64,000 nucleotides of DNA from Anaerolineae bacterium (GCA_015490995.1 WFWT01000112.1:34272-98271), one strand, 5' to 3'. Shown: positions 51,063 to 61,016, numbered from the stretch's first letter. Translations and numbers: made by a program. Notes: generated by a model not told the origin, from the sequence alone.

Positions 51063-52203
51063 TTACTACGACGTGCTGGGAGTACCACGCAACGCCTCGC
51101 AAGAGGAGATCAAACGGGCGTATAAGCGACTGGCGCGGCAATACCACCCGGACATCAACAAAAGTCCGGACGCCGAAGAAAAGTTTAAGGAAATCAACGA
51201 AGCCTATCAGGTCCTCAGCGACCCGGAGAAACGCCGCCAATATGACCTCTTTGGCCACGCGGGGGTGAGCGGCGTGGCCGGTGGTGCTCCAGGAGGCGTG
51301 CGAGTCGATGTGGATTTCAGCGGTTTTCCCGATCTCACCGAGATCTTCGAGGAATTCTTTGGCTTCGGCCCTAAGGGACGCACACGGCGTCGTCGAGCCG
51401 AACGTGGCAGCGACGTCCAGGTAGAAGTCACCTTGGACTTCGAAGAAGCCATCTTCGGCACGGAAAAGACCATTGAAGTGGCCCGATGGGAACCCTGCCC
51501 CCGCTGTCACGGTACCGGCGCGGAACCCGGCACCCACCCGATGCGGTGTCCCCAATGCGGAGGGCGTGGTGAAGTACAACATGTACAGGACTCTTTCTTC
51601 GGACGGTTTGTGCGGGTAGCCGTATGTCCCCGCTGTAACGGGGAAGGCATGCTCATCACCACTCCCTGTCAGGAATGCCGCGGGCGTGGAGTCACCCGAC
51701 GAACGCGCCGGGTTGCGGTAAGTATACCGCCGGGCGTCGATGATGGAACCTTGGTCCGGTTGACCGGCGAGGGAGAGTTAGGGCGCAACGGCGGGCCTCC
51801 CGGCGACCTGTATGTGCGAGTTCAGGTGCGACCTCACCCCCTCTTCAAACGGGAGGGCAAAAACATTCTCCTTGACTTACCCATCAACGTGGCACAAGCT
51901 GCCCTGGGCGATGAAGTGGAAATCCCCACCATTGACGGGGGAACCGTCAAGCTCACCATTCCACCGGGCACACAGTACGGTAAAACATTCCGCTTACGGG
52001 GCAAGGGCGCGCCCGATGTGCGACATCCCAACCGACGGGGTGATATGCTCGTGACCGTTCGTGTGGTCGTGCCCAAAGAACTCACACCGGAACAGCGTGA
52101 ACTCTTTAAGGCTCTGGGGAAGACTTTCGAGCGCACTCCTTCCCCCCAGGATAAGAACTTTTGGGACAAGTTACTGGATGCTCTAGCCGACGTGCTCGGG
52201 TAA
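51046..52203 (+). CDS. dnaJ: Molecular chaperone DnaJ
   Basis: [11 protein letters not shown], four CxxCxGxG repeats. Confidence 0.97.
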   Translation: MAVKRDYYDVLGVPRNASQEEIKRAYKRLARQYHPDINKSPDAEEKFKEINEAYQVLSDPEKRRQYDLFGHAGVSGVAGGAPGGVRVDVDFSGFPDLTEIFEEFFGFGPKGRTRRRRAERGSDVQVEVTLDFEEAIFGTEKTIEVARWEPCPRCHGTGAEPGTHPMRCPQCGGRGEVQHVQDSFFGRFVRVAVCPRCNGEGMLITTPCQECRGRGVTRRTRRVAVSIPPGVDDGTLVRLTGEGELGRNGGPPGDLYVRVQVRPHPLFKREGKNILLDLPINVAQAALGDEVEIPTIDGGTVKLTIPPGTQYGKTFRLRGKGAPDVRHPNRRGDMLVTVRVVVPKELTPEQRELFKALGKTFERTPSPQDKNFWDKLLDALADVLG

Positions 52204-52258
52204 CCGCGGCCCACGGCTCCCGGTGTGCATTCCCTTTCCGGTAAAAATGACTTCGGGT

Positions 52259-52288
52259 TTGGTCACTGGGCGTAGGGATGAGTATAAT
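52259..52288 (+). promoter_or_regulatory. Putative promoter for the leader ORF and leuS
   Basis: TTGGTC-N18-TATAAT. Confidence 0.5.
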
Positions 52289-52364
52289 GTGTTGGGTTAA
52301 TGGCTCTTCTGTGCCATCCAGGAAGGATAATTGGGGACCACATCCATCCAAAGAGGTGAGGTCA

Positions 52365-52469
52365 GTGGTCTACAGGATAGCGAACACGGCAGTCTATCAA
52401 TCGACAACGCATTTGCCCTACCATCCTCATGTTCCTCTGAACCCCTTGTTGCCCCCGCGGGGGGCATGA
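52365..52469 (+). CDS. Candidate 34 aa leader peptide upstream of leuS
   Basis: RBS AAGAGGTGA before GTG. Sequence MVYRIANTAVYQSTTHLPYHPHVPLNPLLPPRGA. GC hairpin 52450-52466 overlaps the 3' end. Confidence 0.4.
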   Translation: MVYRIANTAVYQSTTHLPYHPHVPLNPLLPPRGA

Positions 52470-52592
52470 GACGCGTACGTGTACCTACCCGTGTTCACCC
52501 GCGTGCTTTCTATCCCTAACCTGCCGAACGAATGTGACCACCGAGTTGACACCCAGTCCATCCTTGGAACACCCGTGGAGGAGAGAGCGGCC

Positions 52593-55358
52593 ATGGCCGA
52601 TAAGTATGTACCCCAGGAGATCGAACCCAAGTGGCAACAACGCTGGGAACAGGACAAGCTATATCGAGCGGTACGTGCGCCTGACAAGAAAAAGTGGTAC
52701 TACCTGACCATGTTTCCCTATCCCAGCGGGGATCTGCACATCGGTCACTGGTACGCAATGGCTCCCTCCGATGCCCACGCGCGCTTCTTCCGCATGCGGG
52801 GTTACAATGTGCTTTTCCCTATCGGATTTGACGCGTTTGGCCTTCCTGCGGAAAACGCCGCCATCCGCCACCGCATTCACCCTAAGGAATGGACGTACAG
52901 CAACATCCAGCGGATGCGGCAACAACTGCGCTCCATGGGGGCCATGTTCGATTGGGATCGAGAGGTCATCACCTGCGATCCAGAGTATTACCGATGGAAT
53001 CAGTGGTTTTTCCTGAAGTTTTACGAAAAAGGTCTTGCCTACCGCAAATTGAGTCCGGTGGACTGGTGCCCCAACTGCAACACAACCCTGGCCCGAGAAC
53101 AGGTCATCGGCGAGGAGCGGCGGTGTGAACGGTGTAACACACCCGTGGTAAAGAAAAACCTTGAACAGTGGTTCTTCAAGATCACGGCGTACGCGGAGGA
53201 GTTGAAGGACTTTTCCAAGCTGGACTGGCCGGAACGCATCAAGACCGCGCAATTGAACTGGATCGGCGACCGATCAGAGGGGGCCACAGTGATATTCCGC
53301 ACCGAAAATGGACACCCTCTGGAAATTTTCACCACCCGACCGGACACCCTGTGGGGTGCTACATTTATGGTACTTTCACCCGAACACCCCCTGCTGGACG
53401 AGATCGTCCCCCCGACTTACCGAGAACAAGTGGACGCATACCGCGAACAAGCCGCGCGCCTCTCGGATATCGAGCGCACGGCCGAAGAGCGTCCTAAGAC
53501 GGGCGTCTTCACAGGCGCGTACGCCATTAACCCTGTCAACGGAGAACGCATCCCTATCTGGATCGCAGACTATGTGCTTATGAGCTACGGCACCGGTGCT
53601 ATCATGGCCGTACCCGCGCACGACCAGCGAGACTTCGAATTCGCCCGCAAATATGGTCTTGAGATCCGACCCGTTATTTACCCCCTTAACGAGGAGGGAG
53701 AGCCCATTCCCCTGAATGCGGATAGCATGACAGAGGCCTACGAAGGGCCTGGTATCATGGTCAACAGCGGCCCCCTCACGGGCACACGCATCGTCAAGGC
53801 TAAGGGATGGGACGATCCAGGAATAATGAAGGTCATCGAGTGGCTGGAGGCTCAGGGCATAGGTAAACGGGACTACCAATACCGCTTGCGAGACTGGCTG
53901 ATCTCTCGCCAACGTTACTGGGGCACCCCTATTCCCATCATTTACTGCGACCAATGTGGCATTGTCCCGGTGCCCGAAGACGATCTCCCGGTAATTTTGC
54001 CCGACGATGTCGAATTTATGCCCACAGGGGTTAGCCCCCTCACGTACCACGAAGATTTCCTCAACACCACCTGCCCTCGCTGTGGGGGACCGGCCAAGCG
54101 GGAAACCGATACCATGGATACGTTTGTCGACTCATCCTGGTATCAATATCGGTATCTCAGTCCTCACTATGACCAGGGGCCATGGGATCCGGAAGAAGCC
54201 CGGTACTGGTTACCGGTAGACCAGTATACTGGCGGGGCAGAACACGCCACCATGCACCTGCTGTACACCCGCTTCTTCACTAAGGTCTTACGGGATCTGG
54301 GCTTGGTGGACTTCGACGAACCGATGATCCGACTTTATAACCAGGGGGTCATTCTGGGTGAGCCCCGGGACGGAGATTTCGTGATCGTAGATGGGGAGTG
54401 GGAAGACCAAGAAACCGGCATCTTCCGCGCGCGGGCTCTTCGGGCCGTGCGAGGTGAAGACCGCCCCCAACCGCAAGTGACAGACACGCGCATCCAAGGA
54501 GAAGTATATGCCCGTGACGAGAAAACGGTGCGCGTCCACGTGGGTGAAGGCCGTATGGTTCTCGTACACGTAGATGAACAGACTCGCCTAGAGATTCCCG
54601 GCATCGCGAACCCCCGTGTGGCCGACCTCGTCTTTCACCTCGACGCGGAGAAAATGTCCAAGTCCAAAGGCAACGTGGTCGCCCCTGATGAACTCGTGGC
54701 CCGTTACGGCGCAGACAGCGTGCGGGCTTACTTGATGTTCGCGTTCCGTTGGGACCAGGGAGGGCCCTGGAGCTCCACCGGAATCGAAGGTGTACACCGG
54801 TGGCTCCACCGCGTGTGGCACCTGATCCTAGACACACCCCGCGTGCAGCGGGATGCCCGCCCAGATGAGGTGAAAGCCCTGCGACGCAAGACCCATCAAA
54901 CCATCAAGCGAGTAACCCAGGACATGGAAGAGTTCGCCTTCAACACCGCCATCGCGGCCCTGATGGAACTCACCAACCTCATGCAAAAGCTCAAGGAAAC
55001 ATCGGTGGTTGACACCGAGGCATGGACTGAGGCACGGGATACACTGCTGCTTCTCCTGGCCCCCTTTACGCCCCACATCGCCGAGGAGCTATGGGTGCGG
55101 ACAGGCCACCCGTACAGCATTCACCAGCAATCCTGGCCCGAATGGGATGAGAAATTGGTCAAAGAGGACACCATCACGCTGGTAGTGCAGATAAACGGCA
55201 AAGTGCGGGATAAGATCCCTGCACCCGCCGGACTTTCCGAGGAGGAAGCCAAAAAGCTGGCTCTTGCCAGTCCCAAGGTCCGACGTCACCTGGACGGTAA
55301 AGAAATCCGCCGGATCATCTTTGCCCAAGGACGTATACTTAACATCGTTACCCGTTAA
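52593..55358 (+). CDS. leuS: Leucine--tRNA ligase
   Basis: MFPYPSGDLHIGH, CP1 FTTRPDT and YGTGAIMAVPAHDQRD, SRQRYWG, EKMSKSKGN. ATG 52593 with RBS ggagga. Confidence 0.98.
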   Translation: MADKYVPQEIEPKWQQRWEQDKLYRAVRAPDKKKWYYLTMFPYPSGDLHIGHWYAMAPSDAHARFFRMRGYNVLFPIGFDAFGLPAENAAIRHRIHPKEWTYSNIQRMRQQLRSMGAMFDWDREVITCDPEYYRWNQWFFLKFYEKGLAYRKLSPVDWCPNCNTTLAREQVIGEERRCERCNTPVVKKNLEQWFFKITAYAEELKDFSKLDWPERIKTAQLNWIGDRSEGATVIFRTENGHPLEIFTTRPDTLWGATFMVLSPEHPLLDEIVPPTYREQVDAYREQAARLSDIERTAEERPKTGVFTGAYAINPVNGERIPIWIADYVLMSYGTGAIMAVPAHDQRDFEFARKYGLEIRPVIYPLNEEGEPIPLNADSMTEAYEGPGIMVNSGPLTGTRIVKAKGWDDPGIMKVIEWLEAQGIGKRDYQYRLRDWLISRQRYWGTPIPIIYCDQCGIVPVPEDDLPVILPDDVEFMPTGVSPLTYHEDFLNTTCPRCGGPAKRETDTMDTFVDSSWYQYRYLSPHYDQGPWDPEEARYWLPVDQYTGGAEHATMHLLYTRFFTKVLRDLGLVDFDEPMIRLYNQGVILGEPRDGDFVIVDGEWEDQETGIFRARALRAVRGEDRPQPQVTDTRIQGEVYARDEKTVRVHVGEGRMVLVHVDEQTRLEIPGIANPRVADLVFHLDAEKMSKSKGNVVAPDELVARYGADSVRAYLMFAFRWDQGGPWSSTGIEGVHRWLHRVWHLILDTPRVQRDARPDEVKALRRKTHQTIKRVTQDMEEFAFNTAIAALMELTNLMQKLKETSVVDTEAWTEARDTLLLLLAPFTPHIAEELWVRTGHPYSIHQQSWPEWDEKLVKEDTITLVVQINGKVRDKIPAPAGLSEEEAKKLALASPKVRRHLDGKEIRRIIFAQGRILNIVTR

Positions 55359-55474
55359 CCGGTGCTATCCCAGTGACCCGGCCAGGAAACGCGCCGAACC
55401 GTCATCGGTGGGAGCTTCCTGCGCTGGGTCATTTTTATGAACAACGGACACCTTCAGAGGGTGAGGGACCCTAC

Positions 55475-56182
55475 ATGGCCATTAGGTACAAAGCAATTAT
55501 CTTCGACCTGGACGACACGCTGCGATTATCCACCCCACCATTTCTGGACCGCTTGCGCATGTGTTTAGAAACTGCCGGCGTCCCCGTACGCACGGAAACA
55601 TGGCACGGGGTGGAACGCTGGATCCACTGGTATTGGGCCCAAAGCCCAGAGATTCAGGAAGATGTAAAACGGTACGGACAAGACGGCGTGTGGACGGCCT
55701 TTTGGCAACGGCTGATGGGGAAAGTAGGTTATCACGGCGATCGAGAGGAGGCGTTACACCTATCGGAGCGCTTTCTGACCGAATATCGCCCTCGTTCCAT
55801 TCCCCGGCCGGGCGCTCACGAGATCCTATTTCAGTTACGATGGGAAGGCGTGACCCTCGGAGTGCTTTCCAACCGCAGTCAACCCTTTGATGACGAACTA
55901 CACGCGCTGGGATTAAGCGCTTATTTTGATTTCACCCTGCATGCACTGGCCGTCGGAACCTTTAAACCAGACCCACGGGTGTTCCATGCAGCCCTTGAGC
56001 GTAGTGGAGCGGTGGCCCCAAGCGAAGCCCTTTACGTGGGCGACAACTACTATGCAGATGTGCTCGGGGCCCAGGCCGCAGGCATGGACGCCGTCCTTAT
56101 TGACGAACGGGGCATCTACGGGGACGTTGAATGTCCGGTCGTCCGTTCCTTAAACGACCTGATGGCACTTCTCAGCCGCTGA
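55475..56182 (+). CDS. HAD-superfamily hydrolase (subfamily IA)
   Basis: IFDLDDT, VLSN, FKPDP, YVGDNYYADVLGA. Confidence 0.88.
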   Translation: MAIRYKAIIFDLDDTLRLSTPPFLDRLRMCLETAGVPVRTETWHGVERWIHWYWAQSPEIQEDVKRYGQDGVWTAFWQRLMGKVGYHGDREEALHLSERFLTEYRPRSIPRPGAHEILFQLRWEGVTLGVLSNRSQPFDDELHALGLSAYFDFTLHALAVGTFKPDPRVFHAALERSGAVAPSEALYVGDNYYADVLGAQAAGMDAVLIDERGIYGDVECPVVRSLNDLMALLSR

Positions 56183-56254
56183 GCAGGCCAGGGCTTTCAT
56201 CAAACCGGTTTGAATAAAGGCTGTAGATTCACGCGTGGTGGGAGGTAACAAACA

Positions 56255-56605
56255 GTGGCGGAGGAAAAACCCACAATTACCTGGGAGGACTTCACCAAAG
56301 TGTCCATGCGGGTAGGCCAAATTGTGCGCGTCGAACCCTTCCCAGAAGCGCGCAAGCCGGCCTACAAACTGTGGATTGATTTTGGCCCCTACGGAGTGAA
56401 AAAGAGCTCTGCCCAGCTCCCTCGGTGGTATCCGAACCCGGAAGCTCTCATCGGACGGTTGGTGATCGCGGTCACCAACTTGCCGCCTAAACAAATTGGC
56501 CCCTTTCGTTCCGAAGTGCTGGTCTTAGGCGCAATCCAAGCAGATGGTCGAGTTATGCTGCTGCAGCCGGACGCACCCTCTGAGCTGGGAGCACCCATCG
56601 CTTGA
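56255..56605 (+). CDS. csaA: tRNA-binding / export chaperone CsaA
   Basis: EPFPEARKPAYKLWIDFG, SSAQL, NLPPKQIGPFRSEVLVLG. Confidence 0.9.
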   Translation: MAEEKPTITWEDFTKVSMRVGQIVRVEPFPEARKPAYKLWIDFGPYGVKKSSAQLPRWYPNPEALIGRLVIAVTNLPPKQIGPFRSEVLVLGAIQADGRVMLLQPDAPSELGAPIA

Positions 56606-56661
56606 AGGTCCCATCACTCCCAAGACCACACCCTCCACGGCAGGGAAGGGGGAAGGACAAA

Positions 56662-57597
56662 ATGACTGTACGGGTGGTGTTTATGGGCACGCCCGAATTT
56701 GCCGTGCCCACCTTGCGCCAATTGCTACACACCTACAACGTAGTGGGCGTAGTGACCCGACCGGACAAACCCAAAGGACGCTCCAAAGCACCGGTCCCTT
56801 CACCGGTAAAGGTGGTGGCTCAGGAAGCGGGAATCCCCGTCTTTCAACCGCGCACCTTGCGCACTACAGAGAGCCAGGAGATCATCCGGCGCTGGCAGCC
56901 CGATGTTATCGTCGTCGCCGCGTTTGGTCTCCTTCTCCCTCCTGAGGTGTTGCACATTCCTCCCCACGGATGCCTTAATGTTCACGCTTCTCTCCTCCCC
57001 CGCTGGCGTGGTGCAGCCCCTGTACCGGCGGCCATTATCGCAGGTGATGAGAAGACCGGTGTCACCATCATGCTCATGGATGAAGGTATGGACACAGGGC
57101 CTATCCTCACCCAAGAACCGGAGCCTATCCTGCCCGAGGACACCACCGCAACCCTCACACAACGCCTTGCAGAACGGGGTGCCCGGCTGTTGGGAGCCAC
57201 CCTGCCCCTCTGGCTGGAAGGCAAAATCACTCCCCGCCCCCAAAACGAACATGAAGCGACCTATGCCCCTATGTTGCGCAAGGAGGACGGGTGGATTCGT
57301 TGGGAGGAACCGGCCGAGCTCATTGCTCGTAAAGTACGCGCATATCAGCCCTGGCCGACCGCTATGACCCGCTGGCAGGGCCGACTCCTAAAGATCCTGC
57401 GCGCCCACGCCACCTCTGAGGACGTACAGGACGTCCCCCCTGGGACCGTGATTGCGTGGCACGAGGGCACGGCCGTGACCACCGGCGACGGGCTGTTGGT
57501 ACTGGAAGAAGTTCAATTGGAAGGTAAACGTCCAGTGGCCATCGACGCGTTTCTGCGCGGTGCACGGGGGTTTATCGGAGCTCAACTAGGAGGGTAA
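56662..57597 (+). CDS. fmt: Methionyl-tRNA formyltransferase
   Basis: FMGTPEFA, NVHASLLPRWRGAAP, MDEGMDTG. Confidence 0.97.
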   Translation: MTVRVVFMGTPEFAVPTLRQLLHTYNVVGVVTRPDKPKGRSKAPVPSPVKVVAQEAGIPVFQPRTLRTTESQEIIRRWQPDVIVVAAFGLLLPPEVLHIPPHGCLNVHASLLPRWRGAAPVPAAIIAGDEKTGVTIMLMDEGMDTGPILTQEPEPILPEDTTATLTQRLAERGARLLGATLPLWLEGKITPRPQNEHEATYAPMLRKEDGWIRWEEPAELIARKVRAYQPWPTAMTRWQGRLLKILRAHATSEDVQDVPPGTVIAWHEGTAVTTGDGLLVLEEVQLEGKRPVAIDAFLRGARGFIGAQLGG

Positions 57598-57605
57598 GTG
57601 TCTCC

Positions 57606-59849
57606 TCAGGACACAGGAAGGGTAAAAATGACGGTTGTGCCTCGCCCTTCTCCAGGGCTTTCGGCCCAAATACGCCCGCCGTGCAGGGTGACAATTTCCT
57701 TTGCCAACGCCAGACCTAACCCCATGCCCCCAAAACGCCGGGTAGGGCTAGAATCCACCTGATAAAACCGTTCAAAGATGTGCTCCAGCTTGTCGGGTGG
57801 AATGCCCACGCCTTGGTCCTTCACGGCAATGTACACCCAGGAGCTTTCCCTCCAGGCACGCACCGTGACCACACCTCCCTGGGGGCTAAACTTACGTGCG
57901 TTGTCCAGCAGGTTGTCCATCACCTGGCGTAAATAATCAGGGTGGGCCTGTACTAACGGTAAAGGTTCCTTCACTTCAAGGCGGAGCTCTAACCCCGTTT
58001 CCTGCATAGGATACTGCCAATCACTCACCACTTCTTCGAGCCAGCGGGTCAAGTCCAGGGTTATCACGGGCAAGGGTTCCCCCTGGCGTATGCGCTGGAA
58101 GAGCAACATCTGATTGATGAGATGCTCCAAGTGCCGAGCGTTGCGCAGGATCGTACGAGCGTGTTCCTGTATCTCCGCCGGCGTGCTGACAAGGCCCATT
58201 TCCATAAGCTCCGCATATCCTCGAATCATGGTCAACGGCGTGCGCAACTCGTGCGTTACGTTGCGCAACATATCCTCGCGCGCCTGCAGGGCATCGCGAA
58301 GCTGGGCGTTGGTTTGTTCTAAGTCAGCCAACAGCTGGGCGTTACGCAGTGCAATGGCTGCCTGCCGGGCAAACGTGTCGATGACCTCTTGGTCCAAAGG
58401 TCCCCAGGTACGTTGCCGGCGGTAGTAACAACCGAGGACGGCAATGGTTTTCCCCTCGTACACGAGAGGCCACACCGCCTGGCTTACTAACCCCTCCTCA
58501 TCGGCCAGCCGGCGCAGGGGATTCTCCGCGGGCAACGTGTGGAAGTTAGTGATAAGTACAGGCTGGGGCGTGTGGGCCAGGTTGCCCCCAGGCAACTCCT
58601 CCGGCGGAATTGCCTCCAGCCGAGTGACAAAGGTAGACGATAAACCTTCGTGTCGGGCCGTGCGAAAGCGACCTTCTGAACGCTGCCACACGTAAAGAGC
58701 AACGCCATCCGCATGGGTCAACTCCCGCGCACCCGCCACGATCAGCCCTATTACCTCATCCAGGGAGTGGGCCTGGTTCAAAGACTGCGAGAGGGCTGCC
58801 AGCTGCGTAATACGCCGGGCTCGCTCCTGGGCCTCTTCAAAGAGGTGTAATCGCTCTATCGCCGCGCCAACCTCATAAGCTACCGCAGACAGCAACGCTT
58901 GTTCCTCAGGCGACCAGTCACGCGGGGTCTCAGAAGCCACACTGAGCCCCCCCACCCGCAGTTCGGCCACTTGGATAGGCACCGTGATAGAGGCCCGGAT
59001 ACCGTGTCGCTCCATGATGGTCCGGAGCGGGTACCAAGACACCTCGGGGGACACCTCTTGCCAGTCACTTACCACAATAGGATAGGTGATATCGAGCTGT
59101 GTCTCCTGGGCAACCTGGCGTATAGCCCAGCCAAATTCCGGAGGCAAGCGCCGCAAGGCTGCTTGCTGGTAGGTCCAGATTCCGCCGATGGACAGATTCA
59201 GCGCACATAGCAGGTGGTCCAGTACCTCCACCAGAAGCTTTTGCACATCTGTGGTACTGACCGCAGCATGAATGATGCGGTTCAGAACTTCCAGGTACCA
59301 AGCCCGCAGCTGAACTTCCTGAAGGCGGTACACCGCCGCCCCTAGGATATCCCCCACCAAGGTGAGCAATTGTTGCGTCTCCTCGGCGAAGGGACGTTCC
59401 CCCTCAGGGGCAACGTTCAAGATGCCCATCACACGTCCGCTGCTGCGCAAGGGGACACTGGCATGTAGGACCAAGTTGCCTGTCAGCTGCTGCATCTCCT
59501 CAGAGTTGTCGATGGCCAACTTTGCCCGCAGAACGCGTAGACGCTCACACTGCAGGACGCTGACGGTCTCCTTAAGGCGTCCATCGAGTAACAGCTGTTC
59601 ACAGTAACAGGGGCTCCAGCGCAATGTGGCTTGGCTGTCCCTCTTCAACGAAGGGGGGAGGTTGTACGCGCCTGCGAGAATAAACGACTTGTCGGGCGCC
59701 TGTAAGAGCACCCAAGCGGTTACCGCATCGCAAAGTTCAACAACAAGGGGCAACGTCTCCTCAAAGAGGGTATCTATATCCCGTGCCTGATTGGCACGCG
59801 CGGCGATTGTGTGGACAAGGGTAATCCATCGCTGATCCTGATCCGGCAT
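57606..59849 (-). CDS. Cytoplasmic histidine kinase with three GAF domains
   Basis: Three GAF-like repeats, H-box VTHELRTPLT, NLLDNARKF, DQGVGI, GMGLGLA. Confidence 0.92.
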   Translation of the reverse strand: MPDQDQRWITLVHTIAARANQARDIDTLFEETLPLVVELCDAVTAWVLLQAPDKSFILAGAYNLPPSLKRDSQATLRWSPCYCEQLLLDGRLKETVSVLQCERLRVLRAKLAIDNSEEMQQLTGNLVLHASVPLRSSGRVMGILNVAPEGERPFAEETQQLLTLVGDILGAAVYRLQEVQLRAWYLEVLNRIIHAAVSTTDVQKLLVEVLDHLLCALNLSIGGIWTYQQAALRRLPPEFGWAIRQVAQETQLDITYPIVVSDWQEVSPEVSWYPLRTIMERHGIRASITVPIQVAELRVGGLSVASETPRDWSPEEQALLSAVAYEVGAAIERLHLFEEAQERARRITQLAALSQSLNQAHSLDEVIGLIVAGARELTHADGVALYVWQRSEGRFRTARHEGLSSTFVTRLEAIPPEELPGGNLAHTPQPVLITNFHTLPAENPLRRLADEEGLVSQAVWPLVYEGKTIAVLGCYYRRQRTWGPLDQEVIDTFARQAAIALRNAQLLADLEQTNAQLRDALQAREDMLRNVTHELRTPLTMIRGYAELMEMGLVSTPAEIQEHARTILRNARHLEHLINQMLLFQRIRQGEPLPVITLDLTRWLEEVVSDWQYPMQETGLELRLEVKEPLPLVQAHPDYLRQVMDNLLDNARKFSPQGGVVTVRAWRESSWVYIAVKDQGVGIPPDKLEHIFERFYQVDSSPTRRFGGMGLGLALAKEIVTLHGGRIWAESPGEGRGTTVIFTLPVS

Positions 59850-60008
59850 ATGTGATAACTCCCCTGGTGTGGTGTACGCGAGTGTTCATGCTCGGCCTCG
59901 TGCAGTAAGTTACTCCTGATGCCATGGCGCGCAACAAGGATGCCCCCTTCTGTGGGAACAAGGGCACCGGGAGAGATGTACATCGTTATAACGTATCACA
60001 TTAAAGAT

Positions 60009-60174
60009 GAGAGCATTCGAGAACTCACCATGTGGGCCTTTCGGCCCTCACCCTCCCTCGCAGATGGCCAGAATAAGGAGACAGGCCCGTCTCCCCTCTC
60101 CTAGAAATTTGGGAAGAGGGAGAAGGGATAGGAGGGGCTGAGGGCGTGAAGAAGACAAATTTCCGAACGCTCTC
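60009..60174. mobile_element. 166 bp MITE-like element with internal REP-like palindrome
   Basis: TIRs GAGAGCATTCG (60009-19) / CGAACGCTCTC (60164-74). 5 bp direct repeat AAGAT on both flanks (60004-08, 60175-79). Confidence 0.7.
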
Positions 60175-60304
60175 AAGATGTTATAGGGCTCCCTTCCCAA
60201 ATTTTCCTACAATGTTATCCATGCTGGGGGCTGCGGTCAATAGTACTACAGGAAGAGAAAACAACCTACCGGAATAAACGCCAGAGGAGGGGTGGTGGGA
60301 CGCG

Positions 60305-60324
60305 CCACGGGGAAAATTCCCGTG
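60305..60324 (-). terminator. Small hairpin immediately downstream of gmk
   Basis: CACGGG...CCCGTG stem, no clear U-tract. Confidence 0.35.
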
Positions 60325-60332
60325 CGAAACCG

Positions 60333-61016
60333 TCACTCTTGACCGGCTACTGAGGCCAGCATGTTCGACGCGTGTTCGGCCAGCACGGGGTGCCGACGCA
60401 AATAACGCCATGGCCGGTGCAGCTCGGCAGTGAGAATGGCCTCCAGCGCGGCCAGGGCCTTTTCCATCTCACCGGCCGGATTCTCAACGATGTAATCGAA
60501 GGTTGGTGCTGCCTTTAACCATTCCAGGGCGCTATCCAGACGACGGCGGTATTCCTCATCGCTGATGGTCGGGTCCCGCTTGAGCAACCGTTCTTCCAGG
60601 TCTTTAATGGGCGCGACGATAAGCACGGTGACGCAATCCGCATAGCGTTGTTTGAGAAACTCCTTGCCTCGGATGTCCACCTCTATCAAGGCAATGTCTT
60701 TCTCGGGGGGAACTTGGTTCAAAATGTTCGCGGGCATGCCGTACAAGTTGCCGTCCCGGTAAACGGGACTGCTTTCCATCAATTCTCCCCGTTCCAGCAT
60801 GCGGAGAAACGTGTCCCGGTCTACAAAGATATACTGGTCCCCCGGCACCTCCCCGGGACGGGGTGGACGGGTAGTCACCGTGTGCAGGCGATGGATCTCC
60901 GGATGCCGCTCCAACAGGGCCTTGGTCAACGTGGCCTTACCCACTCCAGAAGGCCCGGCCAACACGAGAAACAAGGACACACTTCTCTCTTCCGCCTGCC
61001 CGGCCGATTGATTCAT
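60333..61016 (-). CDS. gmk: Guanylate kinase(-like)
   Basis: GPSGVGKAT, TTRPPRPGE, EVDIRG, FDYIVEN. Confidence 0.8.
   Translation of the reverse strand: MNQSAGQAEERSVSLFLVLAGPSGVGKATLTKALLERHPEIHRLHTVTTRPPRPGEVPGDQYIFVDRDTFLRMLERGELMESSPVYRDGNLYGMPANILNQVPPEKDIALIEVDIRGKEFLKQRYADCVTVLIVAPIKDLEERLLKRDPTISDEEYRRRLDSALEWLKAAPTFDYIVENPAGEMEKALAALEAILTAELHRPWRYLRRHPVLAEHASNMLASVAGQE

Noticed and set aside
52204-52592. T-box riboswitch upstream of leuS, and 38 aa N-terminal LeuS extension
   Set aside because: No T-box consensus or terminator/antiterminator was found. The RBS supports ATG 52593.
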